Part shown: in pieces, positions 44,455 through 54,628 of the stretch
Numbering within the stretch: position 1 is the first letter of the stretch
How the letters are laid out: every line of letters begins with the position of its first letter
Source: an uncultured Planctomycetota bacterium
GTDB lineage: Bacteria; Planctomycetota; Planctomycetia; Pirellulales; Lacipirellulaceae
Assembly (NCBI GenBank): GCA_963719315.1
Contig: CAVRBU010000002.1
Span: 384,001-448,000 of the forward strand
DNA length: 64,000 bases
Direction of reading: 5' to 3'
Notes under the pieces: generated by a model
The model's database searches: none
The model's input: the letters and a program-made list of their open reading frames with translations, nothing else
Told to the model about the DNA's origin: nothing
Translations under genes and position numbers: made by a program

Positions 44455-44537
44455 GGAGGGGTCTCCGACCCGGATGAGGCGATGCACTTCAATCCGTTCT
44501 CGAAGTTCAAGCGAAATCGGCGTCGGAGACGCCACCG
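44455..44537. repeat. Degenerate REP doublet
   Basis: GGAGGGGTCTCCGACCCGGAT ... ATCGGCGTCGGAGACGCC. Confidence 0.55.
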
Positions 44538-44540
44538 TAG

Positions 44541-44638
44541 TGGTCGAGAGCGGAGGGTCGAGAGTCGAGGGCCGGAAAGTTGCTCGACCGCCGTCTTGAA
44601 TCCGGCTCTCGTCACTCGACTCTAGACCCTCGACCTCC
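44541..44638. repeat. Heptameric GTCGAGA/G repeats with inverted CTCGACT run
   Basis: GGTCGAGAGCGGAGGGTCGAGAGTCGAGGG ... CTCGACTCTAGACCCTCGACC; related runs at 17321-17356 and 17537-17554. Confidence 0.55.
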
Positions 44639-44642
44639 CGCC

Positions 44643-45077
44643 GGGCGCCACTGGCTTTGCCAGTGCCATTTGCGAAGTTGGTCAGATTAGCTAGTGCAGG
44701 GTGAGCAACTCACAGCTTGTGCTCGACGTGAACGGGGTAACATTAAAGTAAGGGTTCTAGCCGCAAGCCTTTGGCGGGAAGAGCACTGGCAGAGCCAGTG
44801 GCACCCGGCGAAGTTGGTCAGATTGGCTAGTGGAGGTTGAGCAACTGACAGCTTGTGCTCGACGTAAACGGGGTAACATTGAAGTAAGGGTTCTGGCCGC
44901 AAGCTTTTGGCGGGAAGAGCACTGGCAGAGCCAGTGCTATTTGCGAAGTTGGTCCGATTAGCTAGTGGAGGGTGAGCAACTGACAGCTTGTGCTCGACGT
45001 AAACGGGGTAACATTGAAGTAAGAGTTCTGGCCGCAAGCCTTTGGCGGGAAGAGCACTGGCAGAGCCAGTGGCACCC
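44643..45077. repeat. Tandem REPIN-like array, three units of about 135 bp
   Basis: CACTGGC-NNN-GCCAGTG palindromes at 44649, 44784, 44920 and 45055 with near-identical spacers; ends GGGCGCC and GGCACCC. Confidence 0.92.
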
Positions 45078-45257
45078 GGCGCATCGTCAAACGGCTCGGC
45101 CTCGAATCAACGCTGCGGCCACGCGGCCGGCCACGTAGGGAGCGGGAATGAAAGAAGCGCTGGGTTCCTTCGTTTTCCGTAATTCGTTGGCAAAATTTGC
45201 CAATTGGGGTACACTTTCGCTGGGTGGTTCGTTGCTGCTTAAGCGAGAGAGTTACAC

Positions 45258-45559
45258 ATGCCCACGAGAAACATAAACCTTACGGATTACTTCGATCAAT
45301 TTGTGGCCGCAGAGATCGAGGCCGGACGCTATCGGAACGCGAGCGAGGTCTTGCGCCCGGCCTGCGATTGTTGGACGAGCAAAAGCGGGAGGAGCGGGAA
45401 AAGTTGAAGCTATTGCGGTCTCTCGCCTCAGAAGCGTTTACTCAACTCGACCAGGGACGCGGGATCGAGATTCGCGGCGAGCGGCAACTGGCCAACCTCG
45501 TCCGCCGCATGGGGCGTCGTGCCGCTCCCAGCGCAAAAGGTCGGCGGCGAGGCGCATGA
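45258..45559 (+). CDS. parD: ParD-type ribbon-helix-helix antitoxin (apparent 1-bp deletion near 45356)
   Basis: MPTRNINLT...GRYRNASEVLR(A)GLRLL; ATGA overlap with the toxin. Confidence 0.85.
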
Positions 45560-45948
45560 GTCCGATGCAGCTCATCCTCGCACCCGCTGCGAAACAAGAC
45601 ATGGAGGCCGTGTTACGCTGGACACAAGAAGAGTGGGGCGAGCAAGCGAGGCTTCGATACGAAGCGTTGCTGGTTCGGGCGGTCATCGATGTCGCAACGA
45701 ACCCTGACTTGCTCGGTAGCAGCCGCCGACCAGAGATCGCCGCCTCTGCCCGCACATATCATTTGACTCACAGCCGCACACACGTCGCTATCGAAGTCGG
45801 CCGGGTCAAACGTCCGCGCCACTTTCTGCTTTACCGGACACGACGCGACGGAATCGTCGAAATCGGCCGCGTGCTCCACGAGAGCATGGACATCGCAAAG
45901 CATCTACCGGTTGACTTTCGTGCAGCCTCAGCCGGGGATGATGCCTAG
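45556..45948 (+). CDS. parE: RelE/ParE-family toxin
   Basis: LAPAAKQDM..W..WGEQA..Y; PRHFLLYR..IGRVLHESMD. Confidence 0.88.
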   Translation: MSPMQLILAPAAKQDMEAVLRWTQEEWGEQARLRYEALLVRAVIDVATNPDLLGSSRRPEIAASARTYHLTHSRTHVAIEVGRVKRPRHFLLYRTRRDGIVEIGRVLHESMDIAKHLPVDFRAASAGDDA

Positions 45949-46073
45949 TGCTTTGTCACAGCTAAAAATTGGGGTTGGGCGCATCAGCCGAAGGGCGCTA
46001 GCCCCGGGTTGTGCCGCTCCAACCGGGGGCTAGCGCCCCGCGGCTAATCCCAAAATCAAGCTGTGACAAAGCA
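45949..46073. mobile_element. MITE-like element, copy 2 (125 bp)
   Basis: Same 15-bp TIRs as copy 1; CTAG on both flanks (45945-48 and 46074-77). Confidence 0.88.
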
Positions 46074-46178
46074 CTAGGCCAAAGGAAAATGCGCACGCCA
46101 GAATAGCCGCACCACTTTTTGTTTTCTCGCGCGTGGATTGAACTGGTAAACGCGTCGCAGATAGTGGCAAAGCTCGCC

Positions 46179-46342
46179 GGGTGCCACTGGCAGAGCCAGT
46201 GCTATTTGCGAAGTTGGTCAGATTTGCTAGTTCAGGTTGAGCAACTGACAGCTTGCACTCGACATAAATGATGTAACATTGAAGTAAGGGTTTTGGCCGC
46301 AAGCCTTTGGCGGGAAGAGCACTGGCAGAGCCAGTGGCACCC
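46179..46342. repeat. Single complete REPIN unit of the 44643-45077 family
   Basis: GGGTGCCACTGGCAGAGCCAGTG, homologous spacer, CACTGGCAGAGCCAGTGGCACCC. Confidence 0.9.
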
Positions 46343-46384
46343 GACGGCAACAGAGCCCGAACCGAAAAGTTTTGCGTCCTTTTT

Positions 46385-47317
46385 TCATCGCACGATCAGC
46401 ACCGAGCATGGTGCTTCGCGCAGGACTTGCTCGGAAGTGCTGCCGAGCAGTAGGCGTTTTAGCGTGCCGCTGCCGCGGCTGCCGAGCACCACGAGATCGA
46501 TCGCCTGCTCGCGGACCTGTGCCAGAATCTCTTCGGCGGGCCGGCCTTCGGCCACGATCAGTACCGCGCTTGTGAAGCTGGGCGGGAGAATCGTGCGGAA
46601 CTTTTCCAATTCGCCGCGGGCGGCCTGTAAGTGCTGCTGATGCTCCAGTTCCCAGGCGGAGGCCATCGCGGCCACGTCGGGGTCGCGTTCCAGCTTGAGC
46701 CAATCCGGCAGGTCGGCAATTAACATCGGGCGGACGACCGCCATCGCCCAACCGCGGGTTTCCGGCGGCCATGCGAATTGTTTCAGCAGCGCTGCGAAGC
46801 GCTCGGCGAATTGCGGATCGTCCTGCGCGACGAGGACGTGAACGTGTCGCGCGACCGGCCCGAGCGATTGCTTGGCTAGCTCCTCGCTCGCGAGCTGACT
46901 TTTGACGACGAGCACCGGCACCTTGGCCGCGTGCACGACGGCGCGACTGACGCTGCCCAGCATGAATTGCTCGATGATTCCACTCGTGCCGCGGAAGCCG
47001 ACGGCCACGAGGTCGGCGTGTTCCTCGTCAATGGCTTCGAGTAACCGGGCGCTGGCGTCGCCTGCCGCATTGCGCGTCGTTGCCCGTTGTCGCCACGCGA
47101 CCGGCAGGCGTTCGAGGGCCGCATCGAGCACGGTGCGGCTTAGGGCAGTGCGGGCCCGCTCTTCGATTGCCGGATCGAGCCGCTCATCCTCGAACGAGAC
47201 GGCCGGCGTTGCGAATAGTAGCACGAGCTTGTCGCGTTCCGCCGAGAGCAACCGGCCGGAAAACTCAACCGCCGCAAAAGAATTCGACGACCCATCGACG
47301 CCGACTAAAACTTTCAT
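46385..47317 (-). CDS. Universal stress protein (two USP domains)
   Basis: VLVGVDGS, LGSVSRAVV..PVLVVK, LGSRG..LLGSTSEQVL..CSVLIVR. Confidence 0.93.
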   Translation of the reverse strand: MKVLVGVDGSSNSFAAVEFSGRLLSAERDKLVLLFATPAVSFEDERLDPAIEERARTALSRTVLDAALERLPVAWRQRATTRNAAGDASARLLEAIDEEHADLVAVGFRGTSGIIEQFMLGSVSRAVVHAAKVPVLVVKSQLASEELAKQSLGPVARHVHVLVAQDDPQFAERFAALLKQFAWPPETRGWAMAVVRPMLIADLPDWLKLERDPDVAAMASAWELEHQQHLQAARGELEKFRTILPPSFTSAVLIVAEGRPAEEILAQVREQAIDLVVLGSRGSGTLKRLLLGSTSEQVLREAPCSVLIVR

Positions 47318-47339
47318 TCAGTAGTTCCAAGTTTGATTG

Positions 47340-47404
47340 GGAACACTAATCATCGCTAATCAACACTAATCGGGAATGCGGGAATTAGTAGAGATGAGTG
47401 TTCC
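47340..47404. repeat. AACACTAAT/ATTAGTG-type repeat hairpin
   Basis: GAACACTAATCATCGCTAATCAACACTAAT...ATTAGT..GTGTTC; related copy at 51136-51213. Confidence 0.65.
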
Positions 47405-47470
47405 AAGTGAGAATCTTCCGACTTCTATTGGTCCAGAGAGATTGGAATTGCTGCCATCGACTAATTCGCC

Positions 47471-48340
47471 TTACCCTCCCTTCTCCCCGTCGGACTTTCT
47501 CTGCACTCCCTGCTCCCCGCTCCTTGCTCTTTGCCCCTGCTCTTTCAGCTTCGGCTTGAAAACCAACCGCACCGGCGCGCCGAGCGGCGGGATTTTTTCC
47601 GTGAACGCTTCGAACTCCAGCTCCTCGTTCGACTGCGAACTTTTTACCGGAATGTCGAGCATCGCGGTGCCGAAGTTCGACACGCAGACGAAGTCGCCGC
47701 CCTCGGCCTGGTAAAACTTCTTGCCATTCTCCGGATCGATCCAAAATGAGCTGCCGCCGAACACGAACGGATACGTCATCGCTTTCTTCGTGTGTAGATC
47801 TTTCACCCAGTCCTGAGCGCGGGCCGTTTGCATTTTGCCCTGGGCGTCCTGCCAGCGAACGAGCACGTCGATCTCGGTGCCGGCCGGCGGTTTGTACTCC
47901 GGCTGGAATTGGGCCGGGTGGCCCGGTTCAGCGCCGAGGCTCAGCAATCCGGCGTGAACCAGATAGGCCTTCGTATCGGCCGAGACGATGGCTTCATGCT
48001 CCTTCGTGTTGCGCGTGCAGGCGAACATTTCGAGCATGCCTTCGCGGAGGCAGATTTGGCCGTCCACGAGCACTGACTTTTCCTTCGGGTCGATCCAGAT
48101 CGGGTATTTGGGCGATAGCCTACGGGCCCCGACGGGATCGGGGAGTTGCGGCGGCGCGGGCGGCTTCGATTCGGTCGAATCGCGCACCGACTTCGGCGAT
48201 GACGAGACGCCTGGGGTCGCATCGCCGCGCGGCGCCGCTTGCTGCGCTCGCGCAACCTGTATCATCAACGAGACCGACAACGTCATGCTAATCGCCACGA
48301 TAAGAACGCGGCGATATCGGTTTGGGCGTTTGTTATGCAC
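47471..48340 (-). CDS. Secreted YdjY-like domain protein
   Basis: Signal peptide; LEMFAC..KEHEA..HAGLL..GAEPG; FVFGGS; CVSNF. Confidence 0.7.
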   Translation of the reverse strand: MHNKRPNRYRRVLIVAISMTLSVSLMIQVARAQQAAPRGDATPGVSSSPKSVRDSTESKPPAPPQLPDPVGARRLSPKYPIWIDPKEKSVLVDGQICLREGMLEMFACTRNTKEHEAIVSADTKAYLVHAGLLSLGAEPGHPAQFQPEYKPPAGTEIDVLVRWQDAQGKMQTARAQDWVKDLHTKKAMTYPFVFGGSSFWIDPENGKKFYQAEGGDFVCVSNFGTAMLDIPVKSSQSNEELEFEAFTEKIPPLGAPVRLVFKPKLKEQGQRARSGEQGVQRKSDGEKGG

Positions 48341-48541
48341 CGCGACTTACTCCGTGTCCGCAAAACAGCGGGACTCTCGACCAGCTATGCGTGAATCTGT
48401 AAGATAGCGAGGCTACGGGCAATCGTCCAATTGCATCCAAGCAACTGGGTCTGGCAGACTCGACCCACCCTACAAATGCTTTGTTAAAGCGACATTAACC
48501 GTGGGCTAATCCGATAATCGAGCGGGAATGGTATTGTGAAC

Positions 48542-50356
48542 ATGGCCGTTGTTATTACCGAAGAATCTTTTACCTGCATGTCCGATCTGCAACCGCTGTG
48601 GCACGAGAAGGCGCCGCGCGCTCGTGGACAAATGCCCGGCCGCTGATCCATTTACTGGCTGGAAAGCGTGGCAAGAACATCTGCGCGGGCGTCGCAAACC
48701 GATCGTGCCGCCGTTCATCCAGCAGAAGAAGTCGCCGCTCCTGTGGGGCTGGCCCGTCGCTTGGCAGCGCGACGCAATCAAGAGGTCGCTCGAGTCGCCA
48801 ACCACGTTAGCCGAACTTGCGATTGGAGACGATGCAACGTCCATGCCCGATCTGCCGTCTTCGTTGCAGCTGGTGGCATTGGCCTACGCGCTACCGCGAT
48901 TGGCCCGTGAACTGCCGGCCGAAACGTGGTGGTTCCTCGTCGAGCGATTGTACATCACAGCCACGCAAGCGTGCTCTCAGCAATTCGATGGGACGGCCGA
49001 TCCGGTGGGCGTGCTGCGGAATCAACTGCTGGCCGGCGAATTGCCGCTGGCGCTCGGATACTTATTCCCCGAAGTGCGGGCGTTGCGAGCGCTGCGTGAC
49101 GCAGCGCGAGCAGTTCTCTCCGAAGCGCTTATCGAATTGACCGACGGCCAAGGTTTGCCTCACGCGCGCTTGTTGCCGATACTCGGCCCGCTGTTTGCCT
49201 GTTGGACTCGGTGCCGCTGTCTCGGCGAATATCTGCGCCGCGGCGCCTGGTCGCGCACGGCGGAACTTCAATACGAATGGCTGGTGCAGCACGCGATTCG
49301 TTTGGCCGATGCCGATGGGACTTTTTTGCTATCGTCGGAGAGCACTGGCGGAGCCAGTGGCACCCGAAGCGAAAAAAGTCCGTGGTGCGAGGCGCTGTTT
49401 GAAACGGCGCTCGAGCTGGCCGGCGATCGCGGCGATCATGCGGCGGCCCTGGCGGCATTGCCGGAAGGAATTGTGGATCGACCCGGCCGAATCAAGCGTA
49501 AGGATTTGCCGCGACCCTCGCTCAATTCCGACTGGGCCAGCATTACCGTGATGGCGGATGGCTGGTCGCAATCCGCGGCGCGGTTTGCGATATCCTACGC
49601 GCGCGATCCACTTTCGATCGAGCTTTCGGTGGATGGCGAACCGCTGTTCGCCGGCGATTGGGCGTTCAACACGATGTGCGATGGTCAGGCCGTGCACGCG
49701 GTTGGTGAATGGGAACAGCTTTGCTGGGAAACGGGCAAGCGGTTCGATTTGCTGGAACTGGGACTAAATCTTTCCTCCGGTTTACGCCTGGAGCGGCAAA
49801 TTGTGTTCGGGCGCGAAGATCGCATATTATATTTGGCCGACATCATTCTGGCCAACGACGGTGAGCCACGAAGACTACAACATTCGATTGCACTTCCGCT
49901 TGCCGGTGGCGTGCAGTGGAACGCCGAAGCGGACACGCGCGATGGTGTGCTCACCGCGGCAAAGTGCGCGCAGCCGTCATGCCGCTTGCGCTGCGGGAAT
50001 GGCGCGCGGACCCGCGCAGCGGCTCGCTCGCAGTGAGCGATAACCGCCTCGTGCTCACGCAAGAAGCGAATGGTCGAGCGATTTGCTGCCCGCTGTTCGT
50101 CGATCTCAAGAACAAGCGGTCGGCAAAGGAGCGAACTTGGCGCCAACTGACGGTCGGCGAAAACATGGAAATCTTGCCGGCCGATGTTGCCGTCGGTTAC
50201 CGCGCTCAATCGGGCGACGACCAATGGCTCGTCTACCGCTCGCTCGGCCCGGCCGGCAATCGCACGTTGCTGGGGCACAACGTCGCTGGCGAATTCTGTG
50301 CGGGCCGCTTTGTCGACGGGAAATTCAAGGAGTGGATCGAGATCGAATGTATCTGA
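48542..50356 (+). CDS. Large hypothetical protein upstream of yggS (apparent frameshifts near 48618 and 49960; start uncertain)
   Basis: Consecutive overlapping ORFs join into one reading (WHEKAPR-ALVDK; KVRAAVMPLALREWR...TWRQLTV...RTLLGHN). Confidence 0.65.
49342..49365. repeat. Single REP of the REPIN family inside a CDS
   Basis: GCACTGGCGGAGCCAGTGGCACCC, read as STGGASGT. Confidence 0.8.
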
Positions 50357-50414
50357 ATACTTGCGAATTCAGCTACACTTCCGATCAGAGCGAAGCGGTG
50401 TAGAATAAGGCACG

Positions 50415-51128
50415 ATGTCGATTGCCGAGAATCTCCGCCGTGTTCGTGAACGCATAGCTCGTGCCGCTGAGTCAGCCGGCCGCACCGCCGATGAGGTCCG
50501 GCTCGTCGGCGTGACGAAGTACGTCGGCTCGCGCGAAGCGGCCGAGCTTGCCGCCGCCGGCTGCCTCGACCTCGGCGAAAGTCGCCCGCAAGAACTCTGG
50601 AAAAAAGCCGGCGAGATCGCCGCGGGGACGAGAAGCCCAACGGCCGCCCCCACAATCCGCTGGCACCTGATCGGCCACCTGCAACGCAACAAAATCGCCC
50701 GCACGCTGCCGCTGGTGTCGCTCATTCATAGCGTCGACAGCGAGCGGCTCCTGGCCGCGATCCATGAAGCTCAGGCGACTGCGGGTGACAGTTCGCCACC
50801 GGTCAACGTATTATTGGAAGTGAACGCATCCGGCGAAGCGGCCAAGCACGGTCTGTCGCCGAATGACATTGAGCGGCTGCTCGCCGCCGCGACGAGTTAC
50901 CGGCACGTGGCAATTCGCGGATTGATGACGATGGCGGCGCTGGAAGGCGGCGAGTCCGTGGCCGCGCGAAATTTCGCATCGCTCCGCGAATTGCGCGACC
51001 GACTAATACAGAATGCGCCGAGCTGCGTCTCGCTGAGTGAACTTTCGATGGGCATGAGTGGCGATTTCGAAGTTGCAATCAAGGAAGGTGCAACCATAGT
51101 ACGCGTCGGCTCCGCTCTATGGCAATAA
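50415..51128 (+). CDS. yggS: YggS/PLP homeostasis protein
   Basis: VGVTK, GESRPQE, WHLIGHLQRNK, HSVDS, GLMTM, LSMGMSGDF, VRVGS. Confidence 0.95.
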   Translation: MSIAENLRRVRERIARAAESAGRTADEVRLVGVTKYVGSREAAELAAAGCLDLGESRPQELWKKAGEIAAGTRSPTAAPTIRWHLIGHLQRNKIARTLPLVSLIHSVDSERLLAAIHEAQATAGDSSPPVNVLLEVNASGEAAKHGLSPNDIERLLAAATSYRHVAIRGLMTMAALEGGESVAARNFASLRELRDRLIQNAPSCVSLSELSMGMSGDFEVAIKEGATIVRVGSALWQ

Positions 51129-51135
51129 AGACAAG

Positions 51136-51213
51136 GAACACTAATAAACGCTAATCGAACACTAATAAGGCATGTTGCAATTGATAAGTGAAGATTAGCG
51201 AAGATAAGTGTTC
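51136..51213. repeat. AACACTAAT-type repeat hairpin, copy 2
   Basis: GAACACTAATAAACGCTAATCGAACACTAAT...GATTAGCG..GTGTTC. Confidence 0.65.
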
Positions 51214-51221
51214 AGGCTACA

Positions 51222-52364
51222 ATGAACAGCATCGCTCGCAACCCAACCCGCCCTATCCGCATCGGCACGATTACGATCGGCGCCGGTAATCCGATTGCCG
51301 TCCAAAGCATGACGGCGACTCAGACGCGCGATATCGACGCGACGGTCCGCCAAGTGAATGCGCTCGCTGATGCGCGGGCCGACGTCGTTCGCATCGCTGT
51401 CGATAGCACGCCGGAAGCCGACGCCGTTGCCGAAATTCGTAGGCAAACTAGGGCGAATCTGGTCGTCGATCTGCAAGAAAACTACCGGCTCGCGCAGCGG
51501 ATCGCGCCGCACGTCGATAAGCTCCGCTACAACCCGGGCCACCTCTACCACCACGAACGCGAAAAGCCGTGGCAGGAGAAAGTGAAGTATCTGGTCGCGG
51601 TTGCCCGGGACAATGACTGCGCGATCCGCATCGGCGTGAACTGCGGGAGCGTCGATCCGGCGCAACAGGCCAAGTACGATCCGGCCGACCGTCTCTCGCC
51701 GATGCTCGACAGTGCGCTCGACCACTGCCGGCTGCTCGATGAGATCGGCTTCACGCGGTACTGCGTTTCGCTCAAGGATTCCGATCCGCGCGAGGTGATT
51801 GAAGTCAACCGCCGCTTCGCCGAAGCTCGGCCGGATGTGCCGCTGCACCTCGGCGTGACCGAAGCCGGCCTGCCGCCCGACGGCATCATCAAAACGCGGA
51901 TCGCGTTCGAGCAGCTCATCAGCCGCGGCATCGGCGATACGATACGCGTCTCGCTCACCGTGCCGAACGATCGCAAGCCGGAGGAAATCGCCGCCGGCCG
52001 CAGTATTCTGGAGGACATCGCCGCCGGCCGCGTCCGCTCGGTCGTCGACTACGGCCTCTCGACGCTCAACATTATCAGTTGCCCCAGTTGCTCGCGCGTC
52101 GAGAACGAAGCCTTCGTCGAGTTAGCACAAGACGTGAAAGAAATGGCCCAATACGCCCGCGAGCACAAAATCACGATCGCCGTGATGGGCTGCCGCGTCA
52201 ACGGTCCCGGCGAAACCGACGAAGCCGACCTCGGCCTCTGGTGCGGTCCCAACTACGTCAACCTAAAACGCCGCAGCGTAACGATCGGGCAGTTTCCGTA
52301 TGATGCGATTCTGCCGAAGTTGAAACAAGAGCTCGATTCACTAATCTCGCGACAGACATCTTAA
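51222..52364 (+). CDS. ispG: HMBPP synthase (MEP pathway)
   Basis: [50 protein letters not shown]. Confidence 0.96.
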   Translation: MNSIARNPTRPIRIGTITIGAGNPIAVQSMTATQTRDIDATVRQVNALADARADVVRIAVDSTPEADAVAEIRRQTRANLVVDLQENYRLAQRIAPHVDKLRYNPGHLYHHEREKPWQEKVKYLVAVARDNDCAIRIGVNCGSVDPAQQAKYDPADRLSPMLDSALDHCRLLDEIGFTRYCVSLKDSDPREVIEVNRRFAEARPDVPLHLGVTEAGLPPDGIIKTRIAFEQLISRGIGDTIRVSLTVPNDRKPEEIAAGRSILEDIAAGRVRSVVDYGLSTLNIISCPSCSRVENEAFVELAQDVKEMAQYAREHKITIAVMGCRVNGPGETDEADLGLWCGPNYVNLKRRSVTIGQFPYDAILPKLKQELDSLISRQTS

Positions 52365-52400
52365 AGAACACATCTATCTAGCCGTGGCGTCGGGGGCGAT

Positions 52401-53192
52401 ATGTCGAGCGGTGACATTATCATTTCGGAAAAGAATCTGCGCGACCGAAATGAGTGGCTTAAAGCGCACAAGCCAACCATTGAGCCGTTTCTGAAGGGTG
52501 GCCGTGATTGCGTCGTTTTCACATTTTCGCGCAAATCGTCATCCGATCGGCTTGCAACGCGTGTTGGTGGTTTGCCGTATTGGCCAAAGGACGACCCCTG
52601 GCCAGTATGCGGATCGTGCGGCGAACCATTGGCTTTCGCGGCGCAGATTGACTTTCGCCACAAGTCCGTGCGAAAGTCCGTTCCGGGCGACGTACTCACA
52701 TTCCATTACTGTTTCGATTGCAGTCCGTGGACCAGCGACGAGACTGAGCAATCGCTTCTGACGTGGCACAATTTCGATTCGACCGTGCGTTTAATCCGCG
52801 AACCCGTCGTGCCATCATCACTTGAAGATGATGAGCCCGGCCCAGTTTTTGGTGAACCGCATGAGGCCATCGATTATCCAACACCTTCCGAAGCGTTCGG
52901 CGGCTCCATTATCAAAGGGGAGCGCTACACATTTCGACAGTTTTCTTTGGAGGGAACAAAAATCGGGGGTTACCCACCGCCAATTCAACAAGTGGAAATT
53001 CCATTAGACCGTACCGGCAGGCCGATGCGTTTTCTTGGAACTATCGGCTCATTGCAAGTCTCAGAATTGCCAACAAGGAAATCGAACCAACCAGCTTGTG
53101 GCGACCTCATGTGGCAAGACATGGGATCAATATATCTTTGGCTCAGCGGCGGTAAAAATCCGGAACTGATTTGGTTTCTGCTGTGCTACTAA
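52401..53192 (+). CDS. DUF1963/YwqG-like protein
   Basis: TRVGGLPYWP..WPVC..C..LAFAAQID; TKIGGYP; MWQDMG. Confidence 0.75.
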   Translation: MSSGDIIISEKNLRDRNEWLKAHKPTIEPFLKGGRDCVVFTFSRKSSSDRLATRVGGLPYWPKDDPWPVCGSCGEPLAFAAQIDFRHKSVRKSVPGDVLTFHYCFDCSPWTSDETEQSLLTWHNFDSTVRLIREPVVPSSLEDDEPGPVFGEPHEAIDYPTPSEAFGGSIIKGERYTFRQFSLEGTKIGGYPPPIQQVEIPLDRTGRPMRFLGTIGSLQVSELPTRKSNQPACGDLMWQDMGSIYLWLSGGKNPELIWFLLCY

Positions 53193-53311
53193 CAGTCTGA
53201 ATAGGTTGCCGTTTTTTTGGATCCTTTCGGCAGATTGGATGTGCGTTCTGAATCAGACGATATGCTATGCTCGGTGTCGTTTTGTGCTAGAATTGAACAG
53301 GAGGTCGAGCA

Positions 53312-53674
53312 ATGGCCAACGTTATTCCAAGTCGCATCGAATCCGATCAAGACTTAATGCACGCCGTTTATCGGCAAGGTGGTGCGGAGCGCGCTATGGC
53401 ACCTCACGTCGTGTACAAGGATCCCGGCTGCCCACACGCTGGCTGCCAACAAAATCTCCAAGCTGTCGACTTCCGATTGGAAGCATTTGGTCGACCTGTG
53501 CATGATCCGCTAGTGCGCGCTTGGTGGAGCAACGTCGGCTTTGCCGGTCAATGCCCGAGCTGCCACGGATGGATTCATTTCACGATCCAAGGCAAACGTG
53601 CGATCGATGAAGCGGAGGCCCAAACTTTGCCGCAGCTTCCGAGCGATTGGGCCGACGAGGCGACGATCCTTTAA
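53312..53674 (+). CDS. Hypothetical protein with four Cys (probable zinc site)
   Basis: AGGAGG RBS; CPHAGC...CPSC. Confidence 0.65.
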   Translation: MANVIPSRIESDQDLMHAVYRQGGAERAMAPHVVYKDPGCPHAGCQQNLQAVDFRLEAFGRPVHDPLVRAWWSNVGFAGQCPSCHGWIHFTIQGKRAIDEAEAQTLPQLPSDWADEATIL

Positions 53675-53681
53675 TCAATTC

Positions 53682-54413
53682 TCACGCCACAGCTGCGGGC
53701 GCTCCACTCGGCAGCAGCACGTAATTCCCGCCTAACTCCCACGACGGCGGGCTGTGCCGTTCGGCGCTCGTGCATGGCGTTAGACGGCCATACTCAAATT
53801 GAAAGATCGCGTATCCGAGTTGTTGAGCCAGCCGGAACATCCGCTCACGGTACGCCTTTCTTGGCGTACTCCATTCCACAAGGACTTGTGGCCGATCTTC
53901 GCGGAGCGTGCGTTCGGCGCCGGCCAGCACTTCGGCTTCGTGAGTTTCAACATTGCACTTGATGAACCGCACCGGCCGCAGCTCGGGGTGCGCGTCGACG
54001 TACTCGTCGATCGTCATAACCGGCACATCGAATACTTCGGTGTCGTCATCGTCAAAGCAGAACTCGTCGAGAGTCGCCGAGTTCCAGTGCCTGCGAGGCC
54101 GATGCATCCGCAGGCTGCCACTATGCGACGACAGCCCGACCGGCGCAATCTGCATCCGCTCCAGATGGAACGACTGCTTGAAGTCCGTGAGGTATTCCGC
54201 CAACTCCGGCTGAGGCTCGAACGCAACGACGCGCGTCCCCTCGCGGAAGTGGTGGTGCATCCAATAACTGTATTCGCCGCGGTGGGCGCCGATATCGAGC
54301 ACCGACCCGCCGCTGAAGTGCCGCGTGAGCAAAAACCGTAACTCGGTCCACTCGGCACTCAGACGGTAGCGCAACAAGCGGACGAACATTCGCAATCGTT
54401 GAAACCACTTCAT
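53682..54413 (-). CDS. FkbM-family methyltransferase
   Basis: LDIGAHRG, VAFEPQP, FIKCNVE. Confidence 0.85.
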   Translation of the reverse strand: MKWFQRLRMFVRLLRYRLSAEWTELRFLLTRHFSGGSVLDIGAHRGEYSYWMHHHFREGTRVVAFEPQPELAEYLTDFKQSFHLERMQIAPVGLSSHSGSLRMHRPRRHWNSATLDEFCFDDDDTEVFDVPVMTIDEYVDAHPELRPVRFIKCNVETHEAEVLAGAERTLREDRPQVLVEWSTPRKAYRERMFRLAQQLGYAIFQFEYGRLTPCTSAERHSPPSWELGGNYVLLPSGAPAAVA

Positions 54414-54628
54414 GAGGTTGAATCCGTTCAGCTATCAGTGCGTCAGCCTTTCCAGATTGCAGGCGTGCTAGCGCCGCCTATACCGCCTGACTACCGCGAG
54501 TTGTCAGGCTCAAGCCTGGCGTACAGGAATCTATTGACGATAGCCGCCAGCGTTGTTAACTACGTGCGCCGCGCCCGTGCTGCGCGCCTCCGATCAACCT
54601 AGTCTCCTGACGTGATACGGACAGCACG

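Noticed and set aside
44643..45077. CRISPR array
   Set aside because: The spacers are near-identical and over 100 bp long, and no cas genes are present
44643..46342. Integron attC sites
   Set aside because: No RYYYAAC/GTTRRRY core sites bounding the repeats and no integrase
44687..46350. Peptide ORFs from the REPIN units (44687-45037, 46030-46350)
   Set aside because: The frame shifts between units (136 versus 135 bp) and substitutions are mostly non-synonymous
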